From a virus (Duplodnaviria > Caudoviricetes): a stretch of DNA of 64,000 nt. The notes beneath the pieces were generated by a model. It worked only from the letters and a program-made list of their open reading frames with translations. It was not told where the DNA came from and did not search any database. Positions 1-8,433 of this stretch are shown piece by piece (position 1 is the stretch's first letter; every line of letters begins with the position of its first letter). The translations under genes were made by a program, and so were the position numbers. Where the stretch lies: the IMG/VR virus record IMGVR_UViG_3300033069_001819, positions 5,241-69,240 of that record, one strand, 5' to 3'.

Positions 1-174
1 GCCGAAGCCGCAGGCGGAAATCTTGTCGACATGGGTTTTCAAGTCGAAAGTCCTTATCTCGACCCTTATCGTATCGGGCTCGAGGAACCGAGCGATCGGT
101 TCTCTCCTGAGCAGATCGTGGCCATGAACGCTCCTCGTCGTCCACGCCGGTGGCTGCCGGAGGAATCTATCTGA
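1..174 (+). CDS. Partial hypothetical protein (5' truncated by window)
   Basis: Frame 1 is open from base 1 to TGA 172-174; the stop overlaps the next ATG (TGATG coupling). Confidence 0.5.
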   Translation, partial: AEAAGGNLVDMGFQVESPYLDPYRIGLEEPSDRFSPEQIVAMNAPRRPRRWLPEESI

Positions 175-383
175 TGAAACGTCTCCTTGCCCTTTTCGGT
201 TTCGCGCGTGCTACGCGGGCGAACCCTGACACCCGTCGCTACCGGCGGGACATGACCACGAGCGACATGCTCGTGGTCGACACAGACACGGGACCGATAC
301 AGTTCCGCGTCGAAAAGCTCACTGCCACCAAAGCAGTGATCAACGTCCTACATCCTTTGGGCATGAACGTGCGAGCCACGTGA
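174..383 (+). CDS. Small protein, possibly degenerate CsrA-like beta fold
   Basis: ATG 174 is coupled to the upstream stop. C-terminal DMLVVDTDTGPIQFRVEKLTATKAVINVLHPLGMNVR has a CsrA-like alternating hydrophobic strand pattern. Confidence 0.45.
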   Translation: MKRLLALFGFARATRANPDTRRYRRDMTTSDMLVVDTDTGPIQFRVEKLTATKAVINVLHPLGMNVRAT

Positions 384-513
384 TTGCCCGGACCGAGATG
401 CGTTCCGCGCTCGATCGAAACCACAATTTCGATTCAACGCCAACGCATCTCGGTTCCTTTCTTTCCTGCTCGTTTAGCCTTTCCGCTTTCCTTAGCCATC
501 AAGGTATTTCCGC

Positions 514-542
514 TTGCCAGGTCCAGGTTCGTTCTTTAAGAT
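514..542 (+). promoter_or_regulatory. Sigma70-type promoter
   Basis: TTGCCA (514-519), 17 bp spacer, TAAGAT (537-542), upstream of GGAGG RBS and ATG 569. Confidence 0.6.
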
Positions 543-568
543 TGTGCCGTCTTAACCTGGAGGAAAGA

Positions 569-892
569 ATGGCAGACAACTTACGTGTCGGTGAAGTGAA
601 GATGTCGCCGGACCGGACGGCCGTATACGTCGAACTCATCGCGTCAAACTCGGTTCTGGCCGACCAGCTCGAGGACCTGTATAGCAAACAGGCATCCGAA
701 CTGGCCCGCCATGCAGCACTCAGCCAGGGCTTTCACGAGCGAGCGGCTGACGCCGGTTTCGCGATTCCGCCTTATGGACTTACGGTCGACGGACTACCGG
801 TCGGCGAGGCTTCGGTCAACGGCGAACGCTTGCCGCTGACGCATCCGAAGAACCAGCTGCACCATTATCGCGGCGTGATCCAGATTCGATGA
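569..892 (+). CDS. Hypothetical protein
   Basis: GGAGG RBS before ATG 569 (MADNLRVGEV...); stop overlaps next start. Confidence 0.75.
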   Translation: MADNLRVGEVKMSPDRTAVYVELIASNSVLADQLEDLYSKQASELARHAALSQGFHERAADAGFAIPPYGLTVDGLPVGEASVNGERLPLTHPKNQLHHYRGVIQIR

Positions 893-1413
893 AGTTGCCC
901 CGCGGGACAATGGCACTGACGGACGACGCGTTATTCCGGCTCGCCAAGGCTGTCGGAACCGATAACGTATTGTTACTCTATGTCGGTGACTGGCTGGCGC
1001 ATCTGAACCTGTTTTCTGACGCCCAGCTTTATGATGTCCTGCGGTTCGTAAAACCCGCGATCGAAGTTATCGATTCGTTGCCTTCGACAACAACGGATAC
1101 ACCGTTGATTTTCGTCGCGGGTTACCGCTGGGTTGGCGTCTCAGGTCTTGACCGATTGTGGGACGCCAGCCTTGCGGAAGAATGCGATCGTTGCCCGCAG
1201 AGAGCCGTAACGCATATCAGCTGCGATATAATGGCGTTACGACTTTTCGCCCAGCAGCAGGAGCACACACACGATGAACTCGTCCGTCAAGCCGACGCCG
1301 GCCCGCCGCTACCAGTACAAACTGACCGGATCAACGAACGTTCGACTTGTGCACCGGGCTATGCTGCAGGACGAGGAGACGTTCGCGACGCCGCTCGTGC
1401 TTATCCTGCTTGA
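889..1413 (+). CDS. Hypothetical protein
   Basis: ATGA overlap with the upstream gene; 3' end overlaps the next ORF by about 140 bp. Confidence 0.6.
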   Translation: MKLPRGTMALTDDALFRLAKAVGTDNVLLLYVGDWLAHLNLFSDAQLYDVLRFVKPAIEVIDSLPSTTTDTPLIFVAGYRWVGVSGLDRLWDASLAEECDRCPQRAVTHISCDIMALRLFAQQQEHTHDELVRQADAGPPLPVQTDRINERSTCAPGYAAGRGDVRDAARAYPA

Positions 1414-2050
1414 TTGTTTCGGCACCGAAGCTCTGGACTGGACTCCGGAGACGATTCGCCAGGAACTGGAAGACGAATACTCGATCCGTCTGCCCTCGAT
1501 CAACCTGGACAAGATCATGGCTGCGGTCCTGATCTTGACCACCAACTACTTCTACCAGGACGTCCGCAGCTTCATCCATATCTGCAACGTCCTGGCTGGA
1601 AATGACTTCGACCCAACGGAGTTCGACCCGGCCGACCCGTTCGAGATGATGCTCGCGATCAACGAAGTTTTTCTGCTGTGGCCACCCTCGGCGGAAAACG
1701 ACGCTGACGAACAGTTCTCCGAAGAAATTCAGGAGTACATACGGCAGGTTCTCGACGTCGAAGGCGTGCTTCGCCCGATCGATGTATTTCAGGTGGCGAT
1801 GCGCGAAGATCGATCGTCCCAGATCGCCGAAGACTATTCGGAGGATCCGGAGATGTTCGCTGCTGTGTTCAAAACGCAGCAGGAAAAGGTAGGCGAGCTG
1901 GGAGCTGCCTACCTGGAAGCGATGCAGGAGCTGACCGACCAGCTGGAGGATCTACCTCTCCGGAATGGTTCGACAACCGAGCTCGTCGCCCGGTTGAGGA
2001 AAGGTTCGCAACTGTTCACAGACAGTTACATGAAGGATAGCCCGCTATGA
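1274..2050 (+). CDS. Hypothetical acidic helical phage protein
   Basis: 258-aa ORF with typical codon bias and a GGAG-like RBS upstream; no recognised motif. Confidence 0.75.
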   Translation: MNSSVKPTPARRYQYKLTGSTNVRLVHRAMLQDEETFATPLVLILLDCFGTEALDWTPETIRQELEDEYSIRLPSINLDKIMAAVLILTTNYFYQDVRSFIHICNVLAGNDFDPTEFDPADPFEMMLAINEVFLLWPPSAENDADEQFSEEIQEYIRQVLDVEGVLRPIDVFQVAMREDRSSQIAEDYSEDPEMFAAVFKTQQEKVGELGAAYLEAMQELTDQLEDLPLRNGSTTELVARLRKGSQLFTDSYMKDSPL

Positions 2051-2355
2051 GACGCACGAAACTCTACTCTCTCTTGATCCTGGCTCTGACCGGTACCGCC
2101 GTCGGCGGCGAGGCTCCGGTCAAGACCGAAAAGGTCGTCACCCAGGCGGTCTGCACCACCGGTACCTGCGCGCAAGTGCCGGCAACCTACACGGTGCGGC
2201 AACGGTTTCTCGTCCCGACCACCGTCGAGACGACCTACGAAGTCAAGTCGCAAGTCGTCGTGCAGGACGAGCCGGTCCAGGCCGGCGTCTGTCGTCCTCG
2301 CGCGCAGCTCCGTCTGCCCCGCCTCCGTCTGTTCGGTGGCAGCTGCTGTCAGTAA
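2047..2355 (+). CDS. Small secreted Cys-containing protein
   Basis: N-terminal signal peptide (MRRTKLYSLLILALTGTAVG), CTTGTC, and C-terminal RLRLPRLRLFGGSCCQ. Confidence 0.7.
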   Translation: MRRTKLYSLLILALTGTAVGGEAPVKTEKVVTQAVCTTGTCAQVPATYTVRQRFLVPTTVETTYEVKSQVVVQDEPVQAGVCRPRAQLRLPRLRLFGGSCCQ

Positions 2356-2422
2356 GCTGTATTGGCGATCTGTCCATTCCCGGCCGGCGCAAACGCGTCG
2401 GCCTTTTCTATTGGAGGTTCTC

Positions 2423-3112
2423 ATGTCTCACCTGACCGAAGGTTTCGCGATCACGGATATCGAAGCGATGCAACGCGTCATCGAAACGCAGTGCCCGGAT
2501 CTCGAGCTCGTACGCAAGAAGGAATTTCGTACCTACACGAGCGCCGGCAGCACCAGCTTGCTGACCTACGTTCTTCCTGGTTTCTACCAGCTCAAACTGC
2601 TGCTCCAGATGCACAGCGACAAACTGGACATCCAGGCCATTTTCAGTCGAGCCGGCGTGCCGCTGCCTGCTCAGCTTGTCGACATCGAAAAGCAGCCGTG
2701 GACCGAGGCTCAGCACCAGAAGCTAATCGATATTCCCGAGTTCAAGACGGCGATGGAGAAGTTCTGCCGCAACACGCGGAACCAGGATGCCGAGTACGTC
2801 ATCCGCGCGAAAGCGGGCGGCATGTACGAAATCGGGCTCATTCCGCACCCGGATCCGACTCGTGCCGGCGAGTATGCCGCGATTACGGATACGTGGGAAT
2901 CCGCGCTGTTCTCGCTCAAGGGCGTGGGCGGTATCACGACCGACCAGAACGGCCAGGTCGTATGGGGTCCGCAGCTGCGTCAAGGTTACGCGGTATGTGC
3001 CGCGGAGCGTGCCGTCGCCCGGCAGGTCGCAGACCCGAACTCGCCGATCTACGACATGACGCGTGTCACGTTGCCGGACGGCAGCATCCGTATCGAAGCT
3101 CTTTCCCGCTGA
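2423..3112 (+). CDS. DUF1257-like protein
   Basis: GGAGG RBS; starts MSH..., ends ...LRQGYAVCAAERAVARQ...VTLPDGSIRIE; sits beside DUF2997 and an AAA ATPase. Confidence 0.65.
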   Translation: MSHLTEGFAITDIEAMQRVIETQCPDLELVRKKEFRTYTSAGSTSLLTYVLPGFYQLKLLLQMHSDKLDIQAIFSRAGVPLPAQLVDIEKQPWTEAQHQKLIDIPEFKTAMEKFCRNTRNQDAEYVIRAKAGGMYEIGLIPHPDPTRAGEYAAITDTWESALFSLKGVGGITTDQNGQVVWGPQLRQGYAVCAAERAVARQVADPNSPIYDMTRVTLPDGSIRIEALSR

Positions 3113-3125
3113 TCAGGAGGTTTCC

Positions 3126-3326
3126 ATGTCCGACAAAAAAGTGCAGGTCACGATCGACAAGTTCGGCAACTCGAAGATCGAACCCATTGGGTTCAGTGGT
3201 GAGAGCTGTCTGAAGGTGTCGCAGCCAATCTCGGACGCGGTCGTCGGTAAGAAACCGGCTGTGTCCGAACACACCGCGGATTTCTACAACACGTCCGGCA
3301 AGATCGCGGAACGCGAGCTCAGCTGA
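3126..3326 (+). CDS. DUF2997 family protein
   Basis: VQVTIDKFGNSKIEPIGFSGESCLKVSQPI...EHTADFY matches the DUF2997 pattern (I..dG...iev.Gf.G..C...t..le...e.t.efy). Confidence 0.8.
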   Translation: MSDKKVQVTIDKFGNSKIEPIGFSGESCLKVSQPISDAVVGKKPAVSEHTADFYNTSGKIAERELS

Positions 3327-3332
3327 ATAGTC

Positions 3333-3348
3333 CAAAAACTGGTTTTTG
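3333..3348. repeat. Dispersed palindrome copy 1 (CAAAAACTGGTTTTTG)
   Basis: Read directly; intergenic, just 5' of the GGAGGT RBS of the AAA ATPase. Confidence 0.95.
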
Positions 3349-3361
3349 CAGGAGGTAGCAG

Positions 3362-5254
3362 ATGGACGTAACGCGTAGCGTTTTCAAACTCATTCGTGCC
3401 GGCCAGGGCGGCATCGTACTGACGACGGTCGAACCCGATTACTGTATCGGAGAGCTTCGCACCGCAGCCGCGGCAAAGGACGCGGCATGGCTCGAATTCT
3501 ACACCTGGGGTATGGCTGACGGCCTGATCGACAAGAACGGTAACCCGTTCGCACTTCCATCTGCCGCTGCTGCTGCCGGTTTGTTCGGCCAGGGAGCGGA
3601 CGTCGCCAAGGCGAACGTCCACTGGCAGCGATTCTCCCTCAACGAGGTGCTCGACTGGTTACTCAAGCGTATCCACGACGAAATCCTCGAAGACCAGCAG
3701 GCGAAAGCGAACGGCAAAACCCGGCCAAAAACCGCGGTCACGATTCTGCTTCGCAACGCGGATCGTTATCTCAGCGGCGAAAACCTCAACCTGATGCTGC
3801 TGTCTCAGCTGCAGCAGATGGTCGTAAAGGGCACGGAAGTCGGATTCAGCGTCATCCTGCAGACCGCTCCCGGGTTCACCGTACCGGTCGAACTCGCGGA
3901 GTACTGCGAATTCGTCGAGCACGACCTTCCGGACGAGGAGGAACGGACCGAGATCCTCATCCTGCAGGCAGGCGTCAAGGACGTGCACATCACTCCGGAG
4001 GTGCGTGCGGCTACGGCCGGGCTCTCCGGCGCCAAGACGGTGCAGTTCGTGGCGGAGGCCTTCGGCGGCACGCCACGACGCATCGATACGGCAGAGGTGT
4101 TCCGCAGAAAGGCTTCGTTCCTCGGCAAGAACGCCAAGCTCGATGTCTGGTCGCCGCAGTTCCAGTCCGAGATCAAACTTCGGCCTACAGCTGAAGCTCC
4201 GAACCTGGAAGACGCAACGGAGGTCGTTCTGCTCAGCGAGCGGACAGCGCTGTCGGACGAGAAAATCGCCGAAGGCGATGTCGTCGCCAAAATCCGGTTT
4301 TTGTCCCGTGCCGACAAGCAGCGACACACAGTCGAGCTGCCTGTGATGGCGAAAACCGAGTTCGAGCGGATCTACCGGCCGTTCCGCAACGAGTACAGCT
4401 TCGCGTCCGTAGTGGGTCTGCAGGGCGTCAAGGATCTCCTCCGGAACGCGATGCGGCCCGGCGTGCCGGATCGAGCCAGGATGCGTCACCTGCTCCTGCT
4501 GGGCGTGCCTGGCGTCGGCAAGTCAATGCTGCAGCGCTGCGCGAGCGGCGAGTTCAACATGCCGCTTACGGCCATGCAGAGTGCGAACCTGTACTCGAAG
4601 TGGCTGGGCGATACCGACAAGGCGTTGTACTGGATGCTGAAGACGGTGTCGCAGATCGGCGGCATCCTGGGTATCGACGAGTTCCAGCGGTTCCTGCCTA
4701 CCGGAAACAACTCCGAAAACGGCACGGAAAACCGCGTGCTCGGCACGCTGCTCACGTGGCTCAACGACCAGAACTCCAACCTGGTTCTGTCCGCGGCGAA
4801 CAACGTCAGCAAGCTGCCGGACGAAGTGACCCGATCCGGGCGTATCGACGCCCTGATCTTCGTCGGTTTCCCCGGGCGGGAAGCGAAGGACGCGGCCTGG
4901 GCGATGTACCGGGCGAAACACGAACTTCCGGCGGACTATACCCAGCCGAAAGACGAACACTGGACGCCTGCGGACATTCAGTCCTGCTGTCGTCTCAGCG
5001 AAATGCAGCAGGTTTCGCTCGAAGACGCTGCCAGGTGGATCACACCGTCCTATCGCAAGAACAAGACGCAGATGGACGAGCTGATGCGCTGGGCAGCCGC
5101 TGCCGGCTGTATCTGCGCTGAAACGGGCAAACCCTTCAGCGTCGAGGCGTCGCTGGATCACGGTGCCTCGAACGGCGTGTCGGTCTCCCGCCCGCTCAAG
5201 ACGAAAACCCGACGGATCATGCCGGAAGCGGACGACGCCGCTTCGATGAACTGA
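3362..5254 (+). CDS. Ycf46-like AAA+ ATPase
   Basis: Walker A GVPGVGKS, Walker B ILGIDE, second region of homology NNVSKLPDEVTRSGRIDALIFVGFP; degenerate N-terminal AAA module. Confidence 0.9.
   Translation: MDVTRSVFKLIRAGQGGIVLTTVEPDYCIGELRTAAAAKDAAWLEFYTWGMADGLIDKNGNPFALPSAAAAAGLFGQGADVAKANVHWQRFSLNEVLDWLLKRIHDEILEDQQAKANGKTRPKTAVTILLRNADRYLSGENLNLMLLSQLQQMVVKGTEVGFSVILQTAPGFTVPVELAEYCEFVEHDLPDEEERTEILILQAGVKDVHITPEVRAATAGLSGAKTVQFVAEAFGGTPRRIDTAEVFRRKASFLGKNAKLDVWSPQFQSEIKLRPTAEAPNLEDATEVVLLSERTALSDEKIAEGDVVAKIRFLSRADKQRHTVELPVMAKTEFERIYRPFRNEYSFASVVGLQGVKDLLRNAMRPGVPDRARMRHLLLLGVPGVGKSMLQRCASGEFNMPLTAMQSANLYSKWLGDTDKALYWMLKTVSQIGGILGIDEFQRFLPTGNNSENGTENRVLGTLLTWLNDQNSNLVLSAANNVSKLPDEVTRSGRIDALIFVGFPGREAKDAAWAMYRAKHELPADYTQPKDEHWTPADIQSCCRLSEMQQVSLEDAARWITPSYRKNKTQMDELMRWAAAAGCICAETGKPFSVEASLDHGASNGVSVSRPLKTKTRRIMPEADDAASMN
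4288..4303. repeat. Degenerate palindrome copy (CAAAATCCGGTTTTTG, 1 mismatch)
   Basis: Read directly; lies inside the insertion in the AAA ATPase. Confidence 0.6.
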
Positions 5255-5267
5255 TCCTCCTGCCGCA

Positions 5268-5299
5268 AGGCGCCCTGTAGCCAGGGCGCCTTTTTCTTT
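5268..5299 (+). terminator. Rho-independent terminator
   Basis: AGGCGCCCTG-TAGC-CAGGGCGCCT stem followed by a T-rich tract. Confidence 0.9.
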
Positions 5300-5327
5300 A
5301 CCAGCGAACATTCGACGAAAGGGAAAC

Positions 5328-6521
5328 ATGTCTACCAAGCTCTGCTCCGTGGATTACACCGTCGGCTGGATTCCTGCCTCTCTGAGCCTGACCGCCGCTG
5401 ACAAACAGGTGCTGGCCACGGAACGTGGCGTGGACCCCAAGCACACTCGTGGCTCGTATTGCATTCTCGGCGGGCGCAGCGACCACCCAGTCATCAAACA
5501 AGGGCTTGCGCTCCGCGAAGCCCTGTCGTCGCTCAAAGCCAAATACTTCGTGCCGGAAGCGATCGGTGCCCGCACGGCAGCCGGGTCCGAACGAGCGACC
5601 GTCCGCTACGCGCGTAGCTCCTACGTCATCGCCGAAGACAGCATCGAGGCGTTCATGCGAGAGTTCGATGTCGCTCGGCCGCAGTATCTGCAATGGGCTA
5701 CGACTCTTTGCGACACGGCAACGTACACGGAGCTGAAGGACCTGGCTCGCAGCACATGCGGCGCCAGCTGGTCGGTGCTCGAAGCGAAATACCCGTCGCA
5801 GGCAGCGCTGCTCGACTCTGTCTACTGCACGACACCTGCTCCGTTGCCGATCTCCCGCAGTGCCGATCTGTCCGGACTGCCCGAGTCGCTGCGCGAGCGG
5901 CTTCGTGCGGAAACGGAAGAACGGCTGAGCCTGACGACGCAGAATATCGAAGCGCTGCTGCTGACCCAGTTCCGGACGTTCATCGAAGCTGTGCGTCGCT
6001 CGTGCGGCAACGTCGTGGAGGTCCATCCGGATCCGGCTGGTCCCTGGGCGGAGTACGCCGACGCCGCGGTCGTCGAGCTGCGCGACAACGACTACGATCC
6101 CATGCAGTACGACATCACGCTACGCAAACCGAACGAGCGCCGTACGGTTACGCTTACGCTTGCAAAAGACGTCTACCTGGCCGATTTCAAGCCCGCCGAA
6201 ACGGACGAATACCGTCGGCTCACGGACTCGACGTTCTCGAATCTGCTGGACGTCACTGCCAAGATCAGTCGATTCCGCAACGAGTTACGGAATATCGACG
6301 ATCAGGAGTTTCTGGCTTCTTTCGCCCAGGATATAGAATCGACGTTGCAATCGTATGGAGCCACGCCGGCGAGCATCGTAAATACACTGCGAGACAACGC
6401 AACCCAGCGTGACGAACTGAAGCGAACCTTCGACGGGCTGCTCTCGCAGCTGCAGGAATCCGGTACGGCTACACGGGCACGACAATTTCACACACGACGC
6501 AGGATCATGTTCGACGAATGA
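5328..6521 (+). CDS. Hypothetical protein (DUF3150-like, typical companion of the AAA/DUF1257/DUF2997 module)
   Basis: 397-aa ORF; YVIAEDSIEAF..EF, AKYPS and a C-terminal RRRI tail recall companion genes of this module in planctomycetes (from memory). Confidence 0.65.
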   Translation: MSTKLCSVDYTVGWIPASLSLTAADKQVLATERGVDPKHTRGSYCILGGRSDHPVIKQGLALREALSSLKAKYFVPEAIGARTAAGSERATVRYARSSYVIAEDSIEAFMREFDVARPQYLQWATTLCDTATYTELKDLARSTCGASWSVLEAKYPSQAALLDSVYCTTPAPLPISRSADLSGLPESLRERLRAETEERLSLTTQNIEALLLTQFRTFIEAVRRSCGNVVEVHPDPAGPWAEYADAAVVELRDNDYDPMQYDITLRKPNERRTVTLTLAKDVYLADFKPAETDEYRRLTDSTFSNLLDVTAKISRFRNELRNIDDQEFLASFAQDIESTLQSYGATPASIVNTLRDNATQRDELKRTFDGLLSQLQESGTATRARQFHTRRRIMFDE

Positions 6522-6931
6522 CGAACGAACCCAAGAAAATTTCGATTTTCATCGATTCTGTCGGTACCATGCGGACGATCGAACCCGAGATGGCGAAGCT
6601 CATGGGGCTTCGACGCGGTCCGCGCTTCAGCTACATCGAGCCCGCCAACCGGCATCTTCGCCGGCTGTACATGGCGATCCGGGCCCGGGTCTCCGACGAC
6701 TCCTTCGTCGCTGCCTGGACTCGGTTGTGGCCGGTGCTCTGGCGGGTTCGTGTCGCACACTCGACTCAGATTCTCGGTACTTACTGGTCCAGAAAGGCAG
6801 CTATACGTGGCGAAAAAGACTTCTTCTCGACAGGTCGTTGGATTCCCGGATATCTCAACGATCACACTCAAAGCTATGCATTCCCTGATCGAGAAAGAGA
6901 TGAAGGTCCGGAAGGATCTGAACTACGGTAA
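6518..6931 (+). CDS. Hypothetical protein (module companion)
   Basis: ATGA overlap; ISIFIDSVGTMRTI...RFSYIEP...RKAAIRGE. Confidence 0.65.
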   Translation: MTNEPKKISIFIDSVGTMRTIEPEMAKLMGLRRGPRFSYIEPANRHLRRLYMAIRARVSDDSFVAAWTRLWPVLWRVRVAHSTQILGTYWSRKAAIRGEKDFFSTGRWIPGYLNDHTQSYAFPDRERDEGPEGSELR

Positions 6932-7316
6932 GGATGAGATTCCGCCGGGCAGCTACTCGATCGACGATGTGCTCCATGTCCGCGCGAACCTGACGAAAGC
7001 ACCGGACACCGAAGTCGCGGAACGCTTCGATTACGGTGCGATCGTTCGCACCGTGCTGCTGCTCTATGCCAGTCGTGTGCAGGGCGGTGCGGCCTGGCTG
7101 GAGCTCCTGTTCGGCGACGGCAGCGAATTCATCGCTACGTTGTGCACGCCGGAGAAGCGGAAAGCGGCCGAAGCGTTTATCGACGCAGACCTGGCGGAAC
7201 GCTGGGATCGCATGATGCGGGTCAACAAGGAGCGGATCGAGATGCCGCTCGTATCTCGTTCCGGTACGGCATCCGTCGTCGGAACGATCGCCAAACACGA
7301 CGAAACATCGGCGTAA
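6900..7316 (+). CDS. Hypothetical protein
   Basis: ATG 6900 (MKVRKDLNYG); ends just before a terminator. Confidence 0.7.
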   Translation: MKVRKDLNYGKDEIPPGSYSIDDVLHVRANLTKAPDTEVAERFDYGAIVRTVLLLYASRVQGGAAWLELLFGDGSEFIATLCTPEKRKAAEAFIDADLAERWDRMMRVNKERIEMPLVSRSGTASVVGTIAKHDETSA

Positions 7317-7409
7317 GCCGACCCAATCTTGGTGGCAGTCAGTCCGACCACCAGGCGCAAGTCGGAGCGACATGGTAGTCAATCCGGCAAACGACTCTCT
7401 CTAGGACCG

Positions 7410-7446
7410 GAGCCCGTAGCTCGTCGCTGCGGGCTCTTTTCTTTTT
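7410..7446 (+). terminator. Rho-independent terminator
   Basis: GAGCCCGTAGC...GCTGCGGGCTC stem followed by TTTTCTTTTT. Confidence 0.85.
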
Positions 7447-7462
7447 CTACGGGAGTGAAAAC

Positions 7463-7654
7463 ATGGTTGAAGAACGCGTGACAGAAACGACAAAAGACGT
7501 ACTGGTTCCCGTCCACAAGACACAGGCCATGATGGTCATGAACAACCCCTGCCCTCGCTGCAAAAAGGAAGTCTCGTTTCGGTTCCACGTGAGTGATCCT
7601 TTTCTGCATTGCCCGTCCTGCGAGGCGCAGATTCTACCTGCGGAGTTTGCCTGA
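7463..7654 (+). CDS. Small zinc-ribbon protein
   Basis: GGGAG RBS; CPRC...CPSC. Confidence 0.7.
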   Translation: MVEERVTETTKDVLVPVHKTQAMMVMNNPCPRCKKEVSFRFHVSDPFLHCPSCEAQILPAEFA

Positions 7655-7656
7655 CC

Positions 7657-8211
7657 ATGAAAACCCGATATGTAATTTCCGATCTGCACCTGGGACACGA
7701 AAGACTACTTCAGACCCAGGAAGATCGGCCCGCGATGCGGCAGTTCGCCAGCGCGGACGAGATGAACGAACGGATCATCGACAACTGGAACGCGATCGTC
7801 GCGGACACCGACCGTGTGTACATTCTGGGCGATATCGCCATGCAGCGGAGGTATATCCCGCTGCTGGGCCGGCTGAAGGGCCGAAAGAAGCTGATCAGGG
7901 GAAATCATGACATCCACAAGTTAAGCGACTACACGCCCTACTTCGACGACATCACGGCCTGTGTCGTGTACGAAAAACGATTCCTGCTGACGCACTTCCC
8001 GATCCACTCCGGCAGCATCGACCGCTATCGGCTCAACATTCACGGTCACCTGCACCGCAGCATCGTAATGCTCGACGGCAAGCCGGACCCTCGCTACGTC
8101 AACGTCTGCGTGGAGCAGACGGATTACAAGCCGGTGAATCTTGACAAGATCATCGCCCCGTATCGGGACTACAAGCTGCCCGCTACGGCGAACGGATTAC
8201 CCGCAGAGTGA
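7657..8211 (+). CDS. Calcineurin-like metallophosphoesterase
   Basis: SDLHLGH, ILGD, GNHD, LTHFP and HGHLH motifs. Confidence 0.92.
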   Translation: MKTRYVISDLHLGHERLLQTQEDRPAMRQFASADEMNERIIDNWNAIVADTDRVYILGDIAMQRRYIPLLGRLKGRKKLIRGNHDIHKLSDYTPYFDDITACVVYEKRFLLTHFPIHSGSIDRYRLNIHGHLHRSIVMLDGKPDPRYVNVCVEQTDYKPVNLDKIIAPYRDYKLPATANGLPAE

Positions 8212-8222
8212 AGGAGCACACG

Positions 8223-8420
8223 ATGGATCCACAAAACCCGGATTTCGGCACGCTCGCATTTACTGTGAACGTCGGCGAGCACTTCTTCGTCGGCGACTCA
8301 CGCGTGTCCCTTATTCGCATTTCCGGCAAATGCGCGGTTCGTGTCGCTGTCACCGCGCACAAAAGCGTACGAGTCGATCGTGCCGAAGTGCGTGAGCGTC
8401 GCCGGCGCAACAAAAACTGA
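8223..8420 (+). CDS. csrA: CsrA-like carbon storage regulator homolog
   Basis: LAFTVNVGEHFFVGDSRVSLIRISGKCAVRVAVTAHKSVRVDRAEV aligns by eye to CsrA (LILTRRVGETLMIG...VRIGVNAPKEVSVHREEI). Confidence 0.7.
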   Translation: MDPQNPDFGTLAFTVNVGEHFFVGDSRVSLIRISGKCAVRVAVTAHKSVRVDRAEVRERRRRNKN

Positions 8421-8433
8421 CCAGGAGTGAACC

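Noticed and set aside
7317-7409. Intergenic hairpins (TCCGAC/GTCGGA) with GGCAAAC, suggesting a tRNA or c-di-GMP riboswitch
   Set aside because: No cloverleaf or TTC loop, and the riboswitch elements are in the wrong order.
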